NCBI GenBank assembly: GCA_965216755.1
Contig: CBDCGL010000011.1
Location: forward strand, 1,376,001 to 1,440,000
Direction: 5' to 3'
DNA length: 64,000 nucleotides
Origin: Alphaproteobacteria bacterium
GTDB taxonomy: Bacteria; Pseudomonadota; Alphaproteobacteria; UBA7887
A model generated the notes under the pieces. It ran no database searches. It saw nothing but the letters and a program-made list of their open reading frames with translations, and was not told the origin of the DNA. Below are positions 36,601 through 45,532 of the stretch, one piece after another; position 1 is the stretch's first letter; every line of letters begins with the position of its first letter. The translations under genes were made by a program, and so were the position numbers.

Positions 36601-38886
36601 TCACACATCCTTCGCAGCGTCCAGCGCAGCGAGAACGCGCGGGGGCGACATTGGCAGGTCGGTAAAGCGCACGCCGGTCGCGTCTTGAACCGCGTTGGCG
36701 ACGGCTGCCATCACCGGTACGATATTCGCCTCCCCGACGCCCTTCACGCCATAGGGATGGTCCGGGTTTGGTACTTCCACGACCACGGTGTCGATCATCG
36801 GCAGATCGGACGCCAACGGGATCCGATAATCCAGGAATCCCGCATTCTCCATGCGGCCTGCGCTGTCATAAACATATTCCTCGTTAAGTGCCCAACCGAT
36901 GCCCTGAACAACACCGCCCTGCATCTGACCCTCTACATAGTCCGGATGCACGGCGCGGCCGGCGTCTTGTGCGACCGTCGCGCGCAGAATTGTCACACGA
37001 CCGGTATCCGGATCGACTTCAACATCGCAGACAACCGTCGAAACACCGGGCCCAACACCGGAAGCATTCACCGCGCCGCCGGCGCCAATCGGCCCGCCGG
37101 TTTGCGCCCTTGCCGCGGCGATCTCAGCCAACGAGAGCGGTTCATAGTCACCCACATTCGTGCTTGATGGTTTGGCGTAACCGTTTTCCCACGTGACGCC
37201 TTCGGGGTCGACGCCCCACATCTTCGCGGCCCGTTCGCACAATTGGCCGATGACGCTGTTGGCGGCGTTGACCACCGCCTGCCCCGTCGCCAGCGTCACA
37301 CGGCTACCGCCAGTGACGAAAGTGAATCCCACCGACGCTGTATCGGCGACGACGACTTTGACCTTTTCATAGTCGATGCCCAACGTCTCAGCAGCCATGA
37401 TCGCCATGGAAGCCCGCGACCCCCCAACGTCGGGGCTACCCGTCGCGACAACGGCTGTGCCGTCTTCGTTGATATGCAAAGTCGCGGAAGATTCGCCGCC
37501 AGCATTGAACCAAAAACCCGATGCAACGCCCCGCCCCTGGTTCGGACCCAGCGGCGCTTGGTAGTGCGGATGTTCAAGCAAAGCCTCGACCGTCTCTGCA
37601 TAACCTATACTAGAGAACGTCGTTCCGAACACGGTCCCGCTGCCATTGCGTGCCGCGTTCTTGGCGCGAAACCGCAACGGATCCATGCCGAGCTTCCGAG
37701 CCATGGCATCCATCGTGCTCTCGACCGCAAATGCCGCGATCGGTGAGCCGGGTGCGCGATAAGCCGCAGCTTTCGGTCGGTTGACGACAACGTCATAACC
37801 AGTCGTTCTGACATTAGGCAGGTCATAGCGGGAGAACGCGCACATGCAGCCATTGACGACCGGTGACCCGGGAAACGCACCGGCCTGAAACATGAACGTA
37901 CCATCGGCGGCAGTGATCGTGCCGTCGCGCTTGGCGCCAATCTTGACTTTCATGGCACTGCCCGAGGTCGGCCCCGACGCCTTGAATACATCCTCACGCG
38001 TCATGACCATTTTCACAGCGTGACCAGACTGCCGCGCCAAGGCGAGCGCCAACGGTTCCAGATAAACAACCGTCTTGCCACCGAACGCGCCACCCAGTTC
38101 CGACGGGATTACGGTCACATCCGACAAGCTCAGGCCCAGCATCGTCGAGGTCATGGCACGAACCGCGAATTGCCCTTGCGTCGATGACCAGATCTCACCT
38201 TTACCGTCTTGGCCAAAACGGGCCACGCAGGCGTGCGGTTCGATATAGCCTTGATGCACCGGCTTGGTCGTGAATTCCATTTCGACGACTTGGTCGGCGT
38301 CCGCAAAACCCGCATCGACATCGCCCAGCGCAAGTTCTCGGATTTTTGCGACATTTGACGGTCGTGTTGGGGGATTGTCGGTACCGCGCGTTATCATGTC
38401 CTCAAAAAGCAACGGCGCGTCGGGCCGCATTGCCTCTTGCACGTCAATGACGTGCGGTAGCACTTCATAGTCGACATCGATTAAAGCCAACGCACGCTTC
38501 GCAATTGTTGTCGACGTCGCCGCAACTGCGGCGATCGCGTGGCCCTCGTAAAGAGCTTTTTCGCGCGCAATGATATTGCGGGTCATATGCGCCATGTTGC
38601 GTTCGAGCCGATCGGGGCCGCTATATTTCGACGGCAGATCCGGAAAATCAGCGGCCGTTACAATCGCTTTCACGCCGGCCAAAGCAGCCGCTTTGGCGGT
38701 GTTGATCGCACGAATGCGCGCATGGGCGTGCGGGCTGCGCAAGACATAGCCCACCAACATGCCGGGCAGCGAGAAGTCGGCCCCATATCGGGCCAGGCCA
38801 GTGACTTTTTCCACCCCATCCGGCCGGACGGGGCGCGTGCCCACCCATTTGAATTTCTTATTGGCATCCGCAGTCTTCGTGGCCAA
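36601..38886 (-). CDS. Xanthine dehydrogenase-family molybdopterin-binding large subunit
   Basis: RPDGVEKVTG, LRSPHAHA, HQGYIEPH, GGAFGGK, AYRAPG, TGGSR, VEGQMQGG..QGIGWAL, GVKGVGE. Start placed at TTG 38886 after GAGGAGG. Confidence 0.92.
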   Translation of the reverse strand: MATKTADANKKFKWVGTRPVRPDGVEKVTGLARYGADFSLPGMLVGYVLRSPHAHARIRAINTAKAAALAGVKAIVTAADFPDLPSKYSGPDRLERNMAHMTRNIIAREKALYEGHAIAAVAATSTTIAKRALALIDVDYEVLPHVIDVQEAMRPDAPLLFEDMITRGTDNPPTRPSNVAKIRELALGDVDAGFADADQVVEMEFTTKPVHQGYIEPHACVARFGQDGKGEIWSSTQGQFAVRAMTSTMLGLSLSDVTVIPSELGGAFGGKTVVYLEPLALALARQSGHAVKMVMTREDVFKASGPTSGSAMKVKIGAKRDGTITAADGTFMFQAGAFPGSPVVNGCMCAFSRYDLPNVRTTGYDVVVNRPKAAAYRAPGSPIAAFAVESTMDAMARKLGMDPLRFRAKNAARNGSGTVFGTTFSSIGYAETVEALLEHPHYQAPLGPNQGRGVASGFWFNAGGESSATLHINEDGTAVVATGSPDVGGSRASMAIMAAETLGIDYEKVKVVVADTASVGFTFVTGGSRVTLATGQAVVNAANSVIGQLCERAAKMWGVDPEGVTWENGYAKPSSTNVGDYEPLSLAEIAAARAQTGGPIGAGGAVNASGVGPGVSTVVCDVEVDPDTGRVTILRATVAQDAGRAVHPDYVEGQMQGGVVQGIGWALNEEYVYDSAGRMENAGFLDYRIPLASDLPMIDTVVVEVPNPDHPYGVKGVGEANIVPVMAAVANAVQDATGVRFTDLPMSPPRVLAALDAAKDV

Positions 38887-38956
38887 TTCTTGCCTCCTCA
38901 AGTACAGTCGATTTCAAGCGCAGCGCGTAACGTATACGTGGCACACTGTCGATAAA

Positions 38957-39382
38957 TTAGCTGAGCATGCTTATCAGTTCAACAGTCACACCATCAGGGG
39001 CCGCAATGTATGCCACGTGAAGTCCGGGCAGGAACTCGTGCGGCTCGACCGAAAATGCTCCACCTTGGCGTCGGACATTGTCGCAATAGGATTTGAAATC
39101 ACCTGCCACGCGAAAGCCGAAATGATCGACGCCCCATTGATCGTGGCTGGCAAAATCGCCGAACGACCGCAAGTCGGCGTTTGGGATGGGGTTTTCGCCC
39201 GGTCGCCCTCCACGTATAACAATTGTCGCGCCGCCAAAGTCGACGCGAATTTGTGGCGCCCCACGAACTTCGTTGGTGTCGGCAACAACGCCGCCAAGGA
39301 CCCTCGCGTACCATGCGGCCGCAGCTTCCGGATCGGCACTGATGATATGGATATGATCGAACTCAAGCGACGCGTCATTCAT
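38957..39382 (-). CDS. VOC/glyoxalase family protein
   Basis: FDHIHI..DPEAAAAWY, GVDHFGFRV, YIAAPDGVTVELI. Confidence 0.85.
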   Translation of the reverse strand: MNDASLEFDHIHIISADPEAAAAWYARVLGGVVADTNEVRGAPQIRVDFGGATIVIRGGRPGENPIPNADLRSFGDFASHDQWGVDHFGFRVAGDFKSYCDNVRRQGGAFSVEPHEFLPGLHVAYIAAPDGVTVELISMLS

Positions 39383-39459
39383 GTCACGACTTCCCTTGTC
39401 GGCGAACCCCAATATGTCGGGCGTGCGGCTGGTCCAAATAAAACCGTCCTTGGCTTGAA

Positions 39460-40227
39460 TCATACAATCGTGACGCCGCTGTCAACCGGCAAAATCTGTC
39501 CGGTCGTGACGGCAGACTCATCGGATGCCAGATAGAGCGCCATGTAGGCAATATGCTCGGGCGCGCACCACCCCAGCAAATGACGCGCCACCATCCGCTC
39601 GATGTTGGGCTCCCGCGCCGCCAACGCCGCGACACGGTCGGTCTTTGTCGCTGCCGGCGCGATCGCATTAACACGGATTTTGTGGGGCGCGTACTCAGCC
39701 GCCATGGATCGCGTCAAAGACGCAACCCCGCCTTTCGCGGCCGTGTAACAATCGCGACCGGGAAGCGCCATGAGTGCGACATTTGACGATGTGTTGATTA
39801 CCGAACCACCACCGGCCTTGATGATCTCAGGGATGGCGTAGCGGCTCATCAGAAACGTGCCAAACAAATCCAAGGTGATGACGCGCCAAAACTCTTCAAT
39901 GGGTGCCTCGGTTACTGGGCCGTCGTTCATCGTCGAGCCACCGGCATTGTTGTAGAGGACGTTGAGCTTGCCGTAGTGGCCGACACATTGGGCGACGGCC
40001 GCGCGCACGGACTTTTCATCCGTCACGTCAGTTTCGATGAATAGAGCATCGCCGCCGACTGTCTGTCCCGCGGCACGAGCTTGTTCTGCACAGACCCGGC
40101 CGTTCTCGACATCGACGTCAGCAATCACAACGTGGGCACCCTCGGTCGCGAAAATTGTCGCGGCGCTGCGTCCGATACCCGTTGCCGCGCCAGAGATCAA
40201 CGCAACCTTGCCCGCCAATCGCCCCAT
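39460..40227 (-). CDS. SDR family oxidoreductase
   Basis: KVALISGAATGIG, LYNNAG, YTAAKGG (YxxxK), IRVNAIAP, LASDES..TTG..LPVD. Confidence 0.92.
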   Translation of the reverse strand: MGRLAGKVALISGAATGIGRSAATIFATEGAHVVIADVDVENGRVCAEQARAAGQTVGGDALFIETDVTDEKSVRAAVAQCVGHYGKLNVLYNNAGGSTMNDGPVTEAPIEEFWRVITLDLFGTFLMSRYAIPEIIKAGGGSVINTSSNVALMALPGRDCYTAAKGGVASLTRSMAAEYAPHKIRVNAIAPAATKTDRVAALAAREPNIERMVARHLLGWCAPEHIAYMALYLASDESAVTTGQILPVDSGVTIV

Positions 40228-40336
40228 TGCTGCCCCACCTCCATTTGTGTGGCCACTCGTTCTGATCGAATCTTGCCCGAATGCCAAACGATCGCATCTA
40301 CCGCCGCGCGCATAGTGATACGCCATCCCCGACGCG

Positions 40337-41950
40337 TTAGAACGCACCACCGGCCAGCTGGTCGGCGACAAAGTGACCCGCTCGCGCCGACAGCGCCATA
40401 ATCGTTAGGCCCGGGTTCTGAAACGGTGCGGTAGTGAACGACGCCGAATCCGTCACCAATACGTTCGGCGCATCCCAACATTGGTTGTGTTGGTTCAAGA
40501 CCGACGTGGCCGGGTCGTCGCCCATACAGGCGCCGCCACATTCGTGAATAGCAGACCCGGGCACCAAGGCCCCCTCCTCCGTGTAAACAAGCTTGGAGGC
40601 AAACTTATAGATGGCCCGACTGACAATGCCCTCATTCTCAAGGTGATCAACACGCAAGCCGCAGTCCATTGCAAGCCTGTCAAGCGAGCCCTTCATATCG
40701 CTCACCATGGCCTTTTCGTTGTCTGAATGGGCGCACGTAATCCGGGCGGCCGGGATACCATACGCGTCACGCTTGCTGTCATCCAGCGCAACATAGTTTT
40801 CGAAACGGGGCAACATCTCACCGATTGCCATGAAAAACCATCCCGGTTGGATTCTCCCAACTGAGCCCAACATTGAATAGCCACGCAAAAACCCCATTTG
40901 GTGCGGATCTGAGACATTGCGGAAACTTGGAATGTAGATGCCGGATTGGACGCCAAAGTCATACGGATCGGCGCGCGTGATCGGTTCTAGGGGCTGCAGG
41001 GGACCGGCCCTGAAGACCATGACATGATCCGTTAGGTAGCGCCCCAACAAACCAGCGCTGTTGCCGATGCCGTTGGGGTGTCGTACCGAGCGCGAGTTGA
41101 GCAAGATACGCAGCGACTCGATGGTCGATGCGCCCAAGATGACGGTGCGACCACGAACCTTGATCTGCTGCTTGGACTTGCGATCGACGTAACAAACACC
41201 AGTGGCCATGCCGGAGTCGTCGTCAACGGTTATTTGGCTGACCACGGCATCACTGCGAAGCGTAAGCTTGCCCGTCTCTTGGGCCGCGCGGATCGGCAAT
41301 GGCAACCGCTCAGGGTTATGCTTTACGATACGACATGTGGTGGCTGGACAGTCTGGCCACTTTTCCGCCAGATCATGCAGCAGCTTCCGTTCGGCAGAGG
41401 TAATTGGATAGGCGGATTCATACTTCCCGTCGGGAATACTTGGAATTCCGGCCGGGCTGCCAAGAACACCAAGGAATGTCTCGACCTTATCGTACCAGGG
41501 GTCCAGATCGTTGTAGCCGATTGGCCAATTCTGGCCGAAACCGTCTCGACTTGCCGGCTTGAGCTGATCGTCGGAAATCCGAATGGCGTTCCGCCCCCAA
41601 AGGTGCAATCGTCCACCGACTTGGCGCGCGCGATACCAGTTGAACGGCATGCCACGGGGTACCGTGTAGGGATTCTGTGAGTCTCTAATGAAAAAATGTT
41701 TTGTTTGTGGGCTAAATGACATGCAACGTGCCTGCACGTGCTGGCCGCCGAGCACGGCTTTGACGCGTGTCAATAACTGAATCTGAGAATGACCCGTGCT
41801 CTTTGAAGGAAAATCCGCCGCGAGGTCCAACTGACGGCCGGCTTCCAGAAGCAACGTTTTGAGTCCTCGCTCACAAAGCTCCTTGACCGCCCAGCCCCCT
41901 GCCGCGCCTGAACCGACGACGATCGCGTCATAGATTTGCTCGCCGTTCAT
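40337..41950 (-). CDS. GMC-family FAD oxidoreductase (sugar/glycoside dehydrogenase-like)
   Basis: YDAIVVGSGAAG, LLEAG, VGGRLHLWG, LGRYLTDH, GEMLP..EN, AIHECGGACMG, QNPGLTIMAL (His/Asn pair). ATGA overlap with the upstream gene. Confidence 0.9.
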   Translation of the reverse strand: MNGEQIYDAIVVGSGAAGGWAVKELCERGLKTLLLEAGRQLDLAADFPSKSTGHSQIQLLTRVKAVLGGQHVQARCMSFSPQTKHFFIRDSQNPYTVPRGMPFNWYRARQVGGRLHLWGRNAIRISDDQLKPASRDGFGQNWPIGYNDLDPWYDKVETFLGVLGSPAGIPSIPDGKYESAYPITSAERKLLHDLAEKWPDCPATTCRIVKHNPERLPLPIRAAQETGKLTLRSDAVVSQITVDDDSGMATGVCYVDRKSKQQIKVRGRTVILGASTIESLRILLNSRSVRHPNGIGNSAGLLGRYLTDHVMVFRAGPLQPLEPITRADPYDFGVQSGIYIPSFRNVSDPHQMGFLRGYSMLGSVGRIQPGWFFMAIGEMLPRFENYVALDDSKRDAYGIPAARITCAHSDNEKAMVSDMKGSLDRLAMDCGLRVDHLENEGIVSRAIYKFASKLVYTEEGALVPGSAIHECGGACMGDDPATSVLNQHNQCWDAPNVLVTDSASFTTAPFQNPGLTIMALSARAGHFVADQLAGGAF

Positions 41951-42936
41951 GGCTTGCCCGTGACAGTGCCCCAGACTTCGCCGGCGGTCCATGCCATGAG
42001 CAAGAGCGCAGCCAGAGGGGCAACCTGGACGTAGCGTGTGAGGCGACCCTTGCGCCATTGTGTCAACCCGTGCCGAAGAAGCAGCAGCGGCGGAATGACC
42101 GGGCCGGCAAAACTGTACGCGGCGCGCTTGAGAGGGCTCATATGGGCGGCGCGGATGTGACCGAACAACCGTCCCCAATGAAAGCGCTCCGGCAATAGAA
42201 CGCCAAGTGTTGCGGGCGGCCGTTTGTGCTCGACAACAAGTTCCGCCGACAAATACAGGGTCTCGCCGCGTTCGAGTAATGCCCAATGGACGACCGGTTC
42301 ACGGAACCTGTCTCTCCACAGCGGGCGGGTCGCCTCAAGAATTGACCGTTTGTAAGTCACGTTCACGTCGCTGACCCAACTTACCGGACCACTGTCGAAG
42401 GGCAATCCGTAGCGCCCAAAATCGCAGACATAAAATGCCCAGTTCAAACGATCACCAGGAGCGCACTCGATGGCACCACCGATCACGCCATAGGGTTCGC
42501 CGTGCAGGCGAACGACCGTCCGGGCCCAATCAGGTCGCGGCGCGCCCCGATCCTCAAGGATGGCGATCAAGTCACCTTTTGCAGCCGCCAACCCGGCTGA
42601 CCGCCGCCGGTCGTAAAGCTCGTGCTGGCCAGCCGCCGTCTCAATTGGCCGCGCCGGCGTGATCGTGCCCAAGTCCAAGAAACGCACATCCGGAAAGTCC
42701 GACTGAAGCGCCACCACGTCTGACACACTGGAATCATAGGGCAAGACAATGTCGAGCGGCGGCGGATCGACCTGGGCCACCACGGCATCGAGAAACCGCC
42801 GCATCACGGCGCCCCCGTCGACCAGTGTCACCACAATGCTGAGCAGCGGGTTGCCCACGCGATGCCCCGGCCGCTCTTTTGGCAGAGAATCTGGCTTGTC
42901 ACCGTCGTCATGTGGCGCAACGACATTCTCGGTCAT
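41947..42936 (-). CDS. Glycosyltransferase family 2-like protein (EDR at the DxD position)
   Basis: LSIVV, RRSAGLAAAKGDLIAILEDR...PDW, VIGG, NVTYKR, VVEH, RFHWGR, and a C-terminal membrane-associated segment. Confidence 0.7.
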   Translation of the reverse strand: MTENVVAPHDDGDKPDSLPKERPGHRVGNPLLSIVVTLVDGGAVMRRFLDAVVAQVDPPPLDIVLPYDSSVSDVVALQSDFPDVRFLDLGTITPARPIETAAGQHELYDRRRSAGLAAAKGDLIAILEDRGAPRPDWARTVVRLHGEPYGVIGGAIECAPGDRLNWAFYVCDFGRYGLPFDSGPVSWVSDVNVTYKRSILEATRPLWRDRFREPVVHWALLERGETLYLSAELVVEHKRPPATLGVLLPERFHWGRLFGHIRAAHMSPLKRAAYSFAGPVIPPLLLLRHGLTQWRKGRLTRYVQVAPLAALLLMAWTAGEVWGTVTGKP

Positions 42937-43988
42937 GTAACCATGCGCCCCAGCGCCGGGAGATGAATCGCTTCTTTTGTTTCCGAACTGCGACGAACAG
43001 CTGCGGCGACCTCCACCGACCGCAGTCCGGCATAGCCATCGGCGAGCGGTACATCCAAGCGCCCGTTATGCACGGCAAGAAAGTCTCCTAACTCACCAGC
43101 GAAGGACAACAGCGCTGTTGAATGCCAACTCTTGAGCTTCTCCCGCACCATGATTTCCGGATAGAGCCGACGCCTGACCTTGGTGCGTCCGCCGGGGCGA
43201 TCCTGTGTGATGAGCAAGTTGCGCATCGGTGCATAGAAGCCACGGACCATGCCTAACGCGCCGTATGCTTCGACGTAGAAGCGATAGCCTTGCCATTCCG
43301 TCCAAGTGGCGTGATACGAAGCCGAAAGGCCTTCCGGGCTACGAAGAACCGCCATAGCGTTGTCTTCCGAACCGGACACTTGCCACACGGATTCGGACAT
43401 CATGCCATAGACCTCTGTGATCTCGCCCAAGAAATAACGGGCGAGATCGGTCATGTGAATGCCGACATCCATCATCGCGCCGCCGCCTGATTCCGGTGCC
43501 TTGTACTGCCAATCGATGCGGAACTTCGACAAGCCCTCGTGCCCCCCGAACACACGCAGGTGATCGAGCCGGCCGATCACGCCTTGATCGATGGTCTCCT
43601 TGATAAACCGGATCGCCGGGTAATAGCGTAGGTTGAAGCCGACCGCCAACACGCGCTTGGCCGCCAAGGCCGCGTCAACAATGCGCCGACAACCTTCGAC
43701 AGTATTGGACAACGGCTTTTCACACAGCACGCTGCGCCCACGTTGCAACGCACCGATACACGCAGCTTCGTGCACATGCGGCGGCGTCGACACGATCACT
43801 CCGTCCATGTCTAAGTCGAGGAATTTGTCGAGATCGGTGACGGCCGCCGCTTTCGTACCGGCGACCGCGCGAGCCGCCGCTTCTGCCGATACGTCCATCA
43901 CCGCGGCAAGCGTGGTCTCGGGATGGGCGCGCACCGACTGCGCGCGCAACTTGCCAATGACCCCCGCCCCTACAACGCCAATACGCAT
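42933..43988 (-). CDS. Gfo/Idh/MocA family NAD(P)-dependent oxidoreductase
   Basis: MRIGVVGAGVIG, VSTPPHVH, VLCEKP, VGFNLRY, GGGAMMDVGIHMTD, EDNA. Confidence 0.92.
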   Translation of the reverse strand: MRIGVVGAGVIGKLRAQSVRAHPETTLAAVMDVSAEAAARAVAGTKAAAVTDLDKFLDLDMDGVIVSTPPHVHEAACIGALQRGRSVLCEKPLSNTVEGCRRIVDAALAAKRVLAVGFNLRYYPAIRFIKETIDQGVIGRLDHLRVFGGHEGLSKFRIDWQYKAPESGGGAMMDVGIHMTDLARYFLGEITEVYGMMSESVWQVSGSEDNAMAVLRSPEGLSASYHATWTEWQGYRFYVEAYGALGMVRGFYAPMRNLLITQDRPGGRTKVRRRLYPEIMVREKLKSWHSTALLSFAGELGDFLAVHNGRLDVPLADGYAGLRSVEVAAAVRRSSETKEAIHLPALGRMVT

Positions 43989-44201
43989 AGCTTCGCCGTC
44001 AACACCCTTGTTCCACCGGTAGCCGCACCGAAACGGCTTTTAGCATGTTTACGGGAACTTATCAGACACGAGCCGGTTGTTCGTCGTGCTGCGGTGCGTG
44101 CCAACCGATGCGACACAGATCGGACATGCGGCGCTGCCATGCCGACGAAACGCACCGGCGATTGGTCAATGCTGGCCAAACGTCTGGTTTCGAACCAGAG
44201 A

Positions 44202-45125
44202 TCACTCCGAGTCGGGTAATCTCCCGGCGGCGTGTGTCGGATCGAGTGTTATAGTCGGCGTGCCGGTAAGCCACCTGCGAAACTCCGCGCCAAAGTGGCT
44301 CAGATGATCGACGTTGTGCGGGTACCGATAGAAAGGGATCCGCACCAGCGTCATGCCAGTCCGCAAAACCGGTCCAGGGATCTTCTGAAATCTGGGCTGA
44401 TCATGGGGAAACAAGCGTTCCGCCGGAATCTGGGCGTTGGGGAAAAATACAGTCAACGGATGCCAGTTATAGATCTCCGGATAAATGACTTGGTCCGCGT
44501 TTGACAGCATGGCGGCCCACCACGAAAACGAACTTGTCGACAGCATGATGTTCGAGGCTTGTCGGATGAACTCGAAGTCCGCCAGAGTTGATCCAGCAAC
44601 AATCGTCGCCCCGCGGCGGCGGACAAGTCGCTGGATGGGTGGGTGATCCGGCGCGTTTGTGACAACATATACTTTGTCCCAAGAGCGCCGATCGATGGCC
44701 GACTCGACAAGCCAAGATGGTAACACCTTCCAAGGCCGCCGGCGCCGCACATAGTCCCCCACGCGCCAATGCACAACCAGATGATTGTCGCCAACGGGCC
44801 CCGCGACGGACCGCCCTGGTCTAAACCAGGATCGGATTTTTGGTAAGGCCGGCCTGAGGTAGTCGTAAACCATAAACCAACCCTCAAGCACGATCTGTCG
44901 GCCGTGGTAGCGCCCCGCCCTAAGGCCAGCGAGATCAATCGTATGGCCGCCGAAAGTGACGGGATCGCGCTCATATTGCTGACCCGCGACAACATCATGC
45001 GTTCCCGGGAATCCCGATATAGCCGGGCATACGAGTGTATACCCAAGTTCCTCGGCAAGAAGTCGGCCAACGGCGTATTGGAACATCTGATTGCCCAATC
45101 CACCGGCCAAAACAACTCGGATCAT
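44202..45125 (-). CDS. Alpha-1,2-fucosyltransferase (GT11) family protein
   Basis: GGLGNQMFQYA, VHWRVGDY (HxRxGDY), DF..I, STSSFSWWAA. Confidence 0.82.
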   Translation of the reverse strand: MIRVVLAGGLGNQMFQYAVGRLLAEELGYTLVCPAISGFPGTHDVVAGQQYERDPVTFGGHTIDLAGLRAGRYHGRQIVLEGWFMVYDYLRPALPKIRSWFRPGRSVAGPVGDNHLVVHWRVGDYVRRRRPWKVLPSWLVESAIDRRSWDKVYVVTNAPDHPPIQRLVRRRGATIVAGSTLADFEFIRQASNIMLSTSSFSWWAAMLSNADQVIYPEIYNWHPLTVFFPNAQIPAERLFPHDQPRFQKIPGPVLRTGMTLVRIPFYRYPHNVDHLSHFGAEFRRWLTGTPTITLDPTHAAGRLPDSE

Positions 45126-45532
45126 TCAGAGCGACGGAACAATCTTGTTCCTTGACCAAGATGGTCACGAAAATGGCTCATATAAGGATGATCTCTCCGC
45201 CGTACATCACAAGATTGGCCGGCCACTCGGCAACACTTTTTTCGCTGCGGCATCCGCACCAGGTTTGGCCCAAAAAAGGATTGTGCACAACGACGTTTAT
45301 CGGGCGGCCCCCAACCTGTCGTGGAGGCGCCTATAGCTTACGATATTGTTGCGGCAGTCTGCTCAATCAACTGTACCGAAGGTCGGGCGCAGCCGCTTCC
45401 TTACCAGAATGGCCGAATCGGGATCAGTGACTGGTCCATGATCCGGCGAATGGCGCAACACCTGACGCCACATCGACAGTGTGGCATGATTTGGGATCCG
45501 CATTCTCAGGGTATTTCTTTTGAGGTCCCGCA

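Noticed and set aside
36601-38886. Aerobic CO dehydrogenase CoxL
   Set aside because: The active-site loop is AYRAPG, not AYxCSFR (form I) or AYxGAGR (form II); no coxM/coxS or accessory genes.
45091-45336. ORF containing a TPR-like fragment (DDLSAVHHKIG)
   Set aside because: Single short resemblance, overlaps the GT11 start, no RBS; insufficient evidence.
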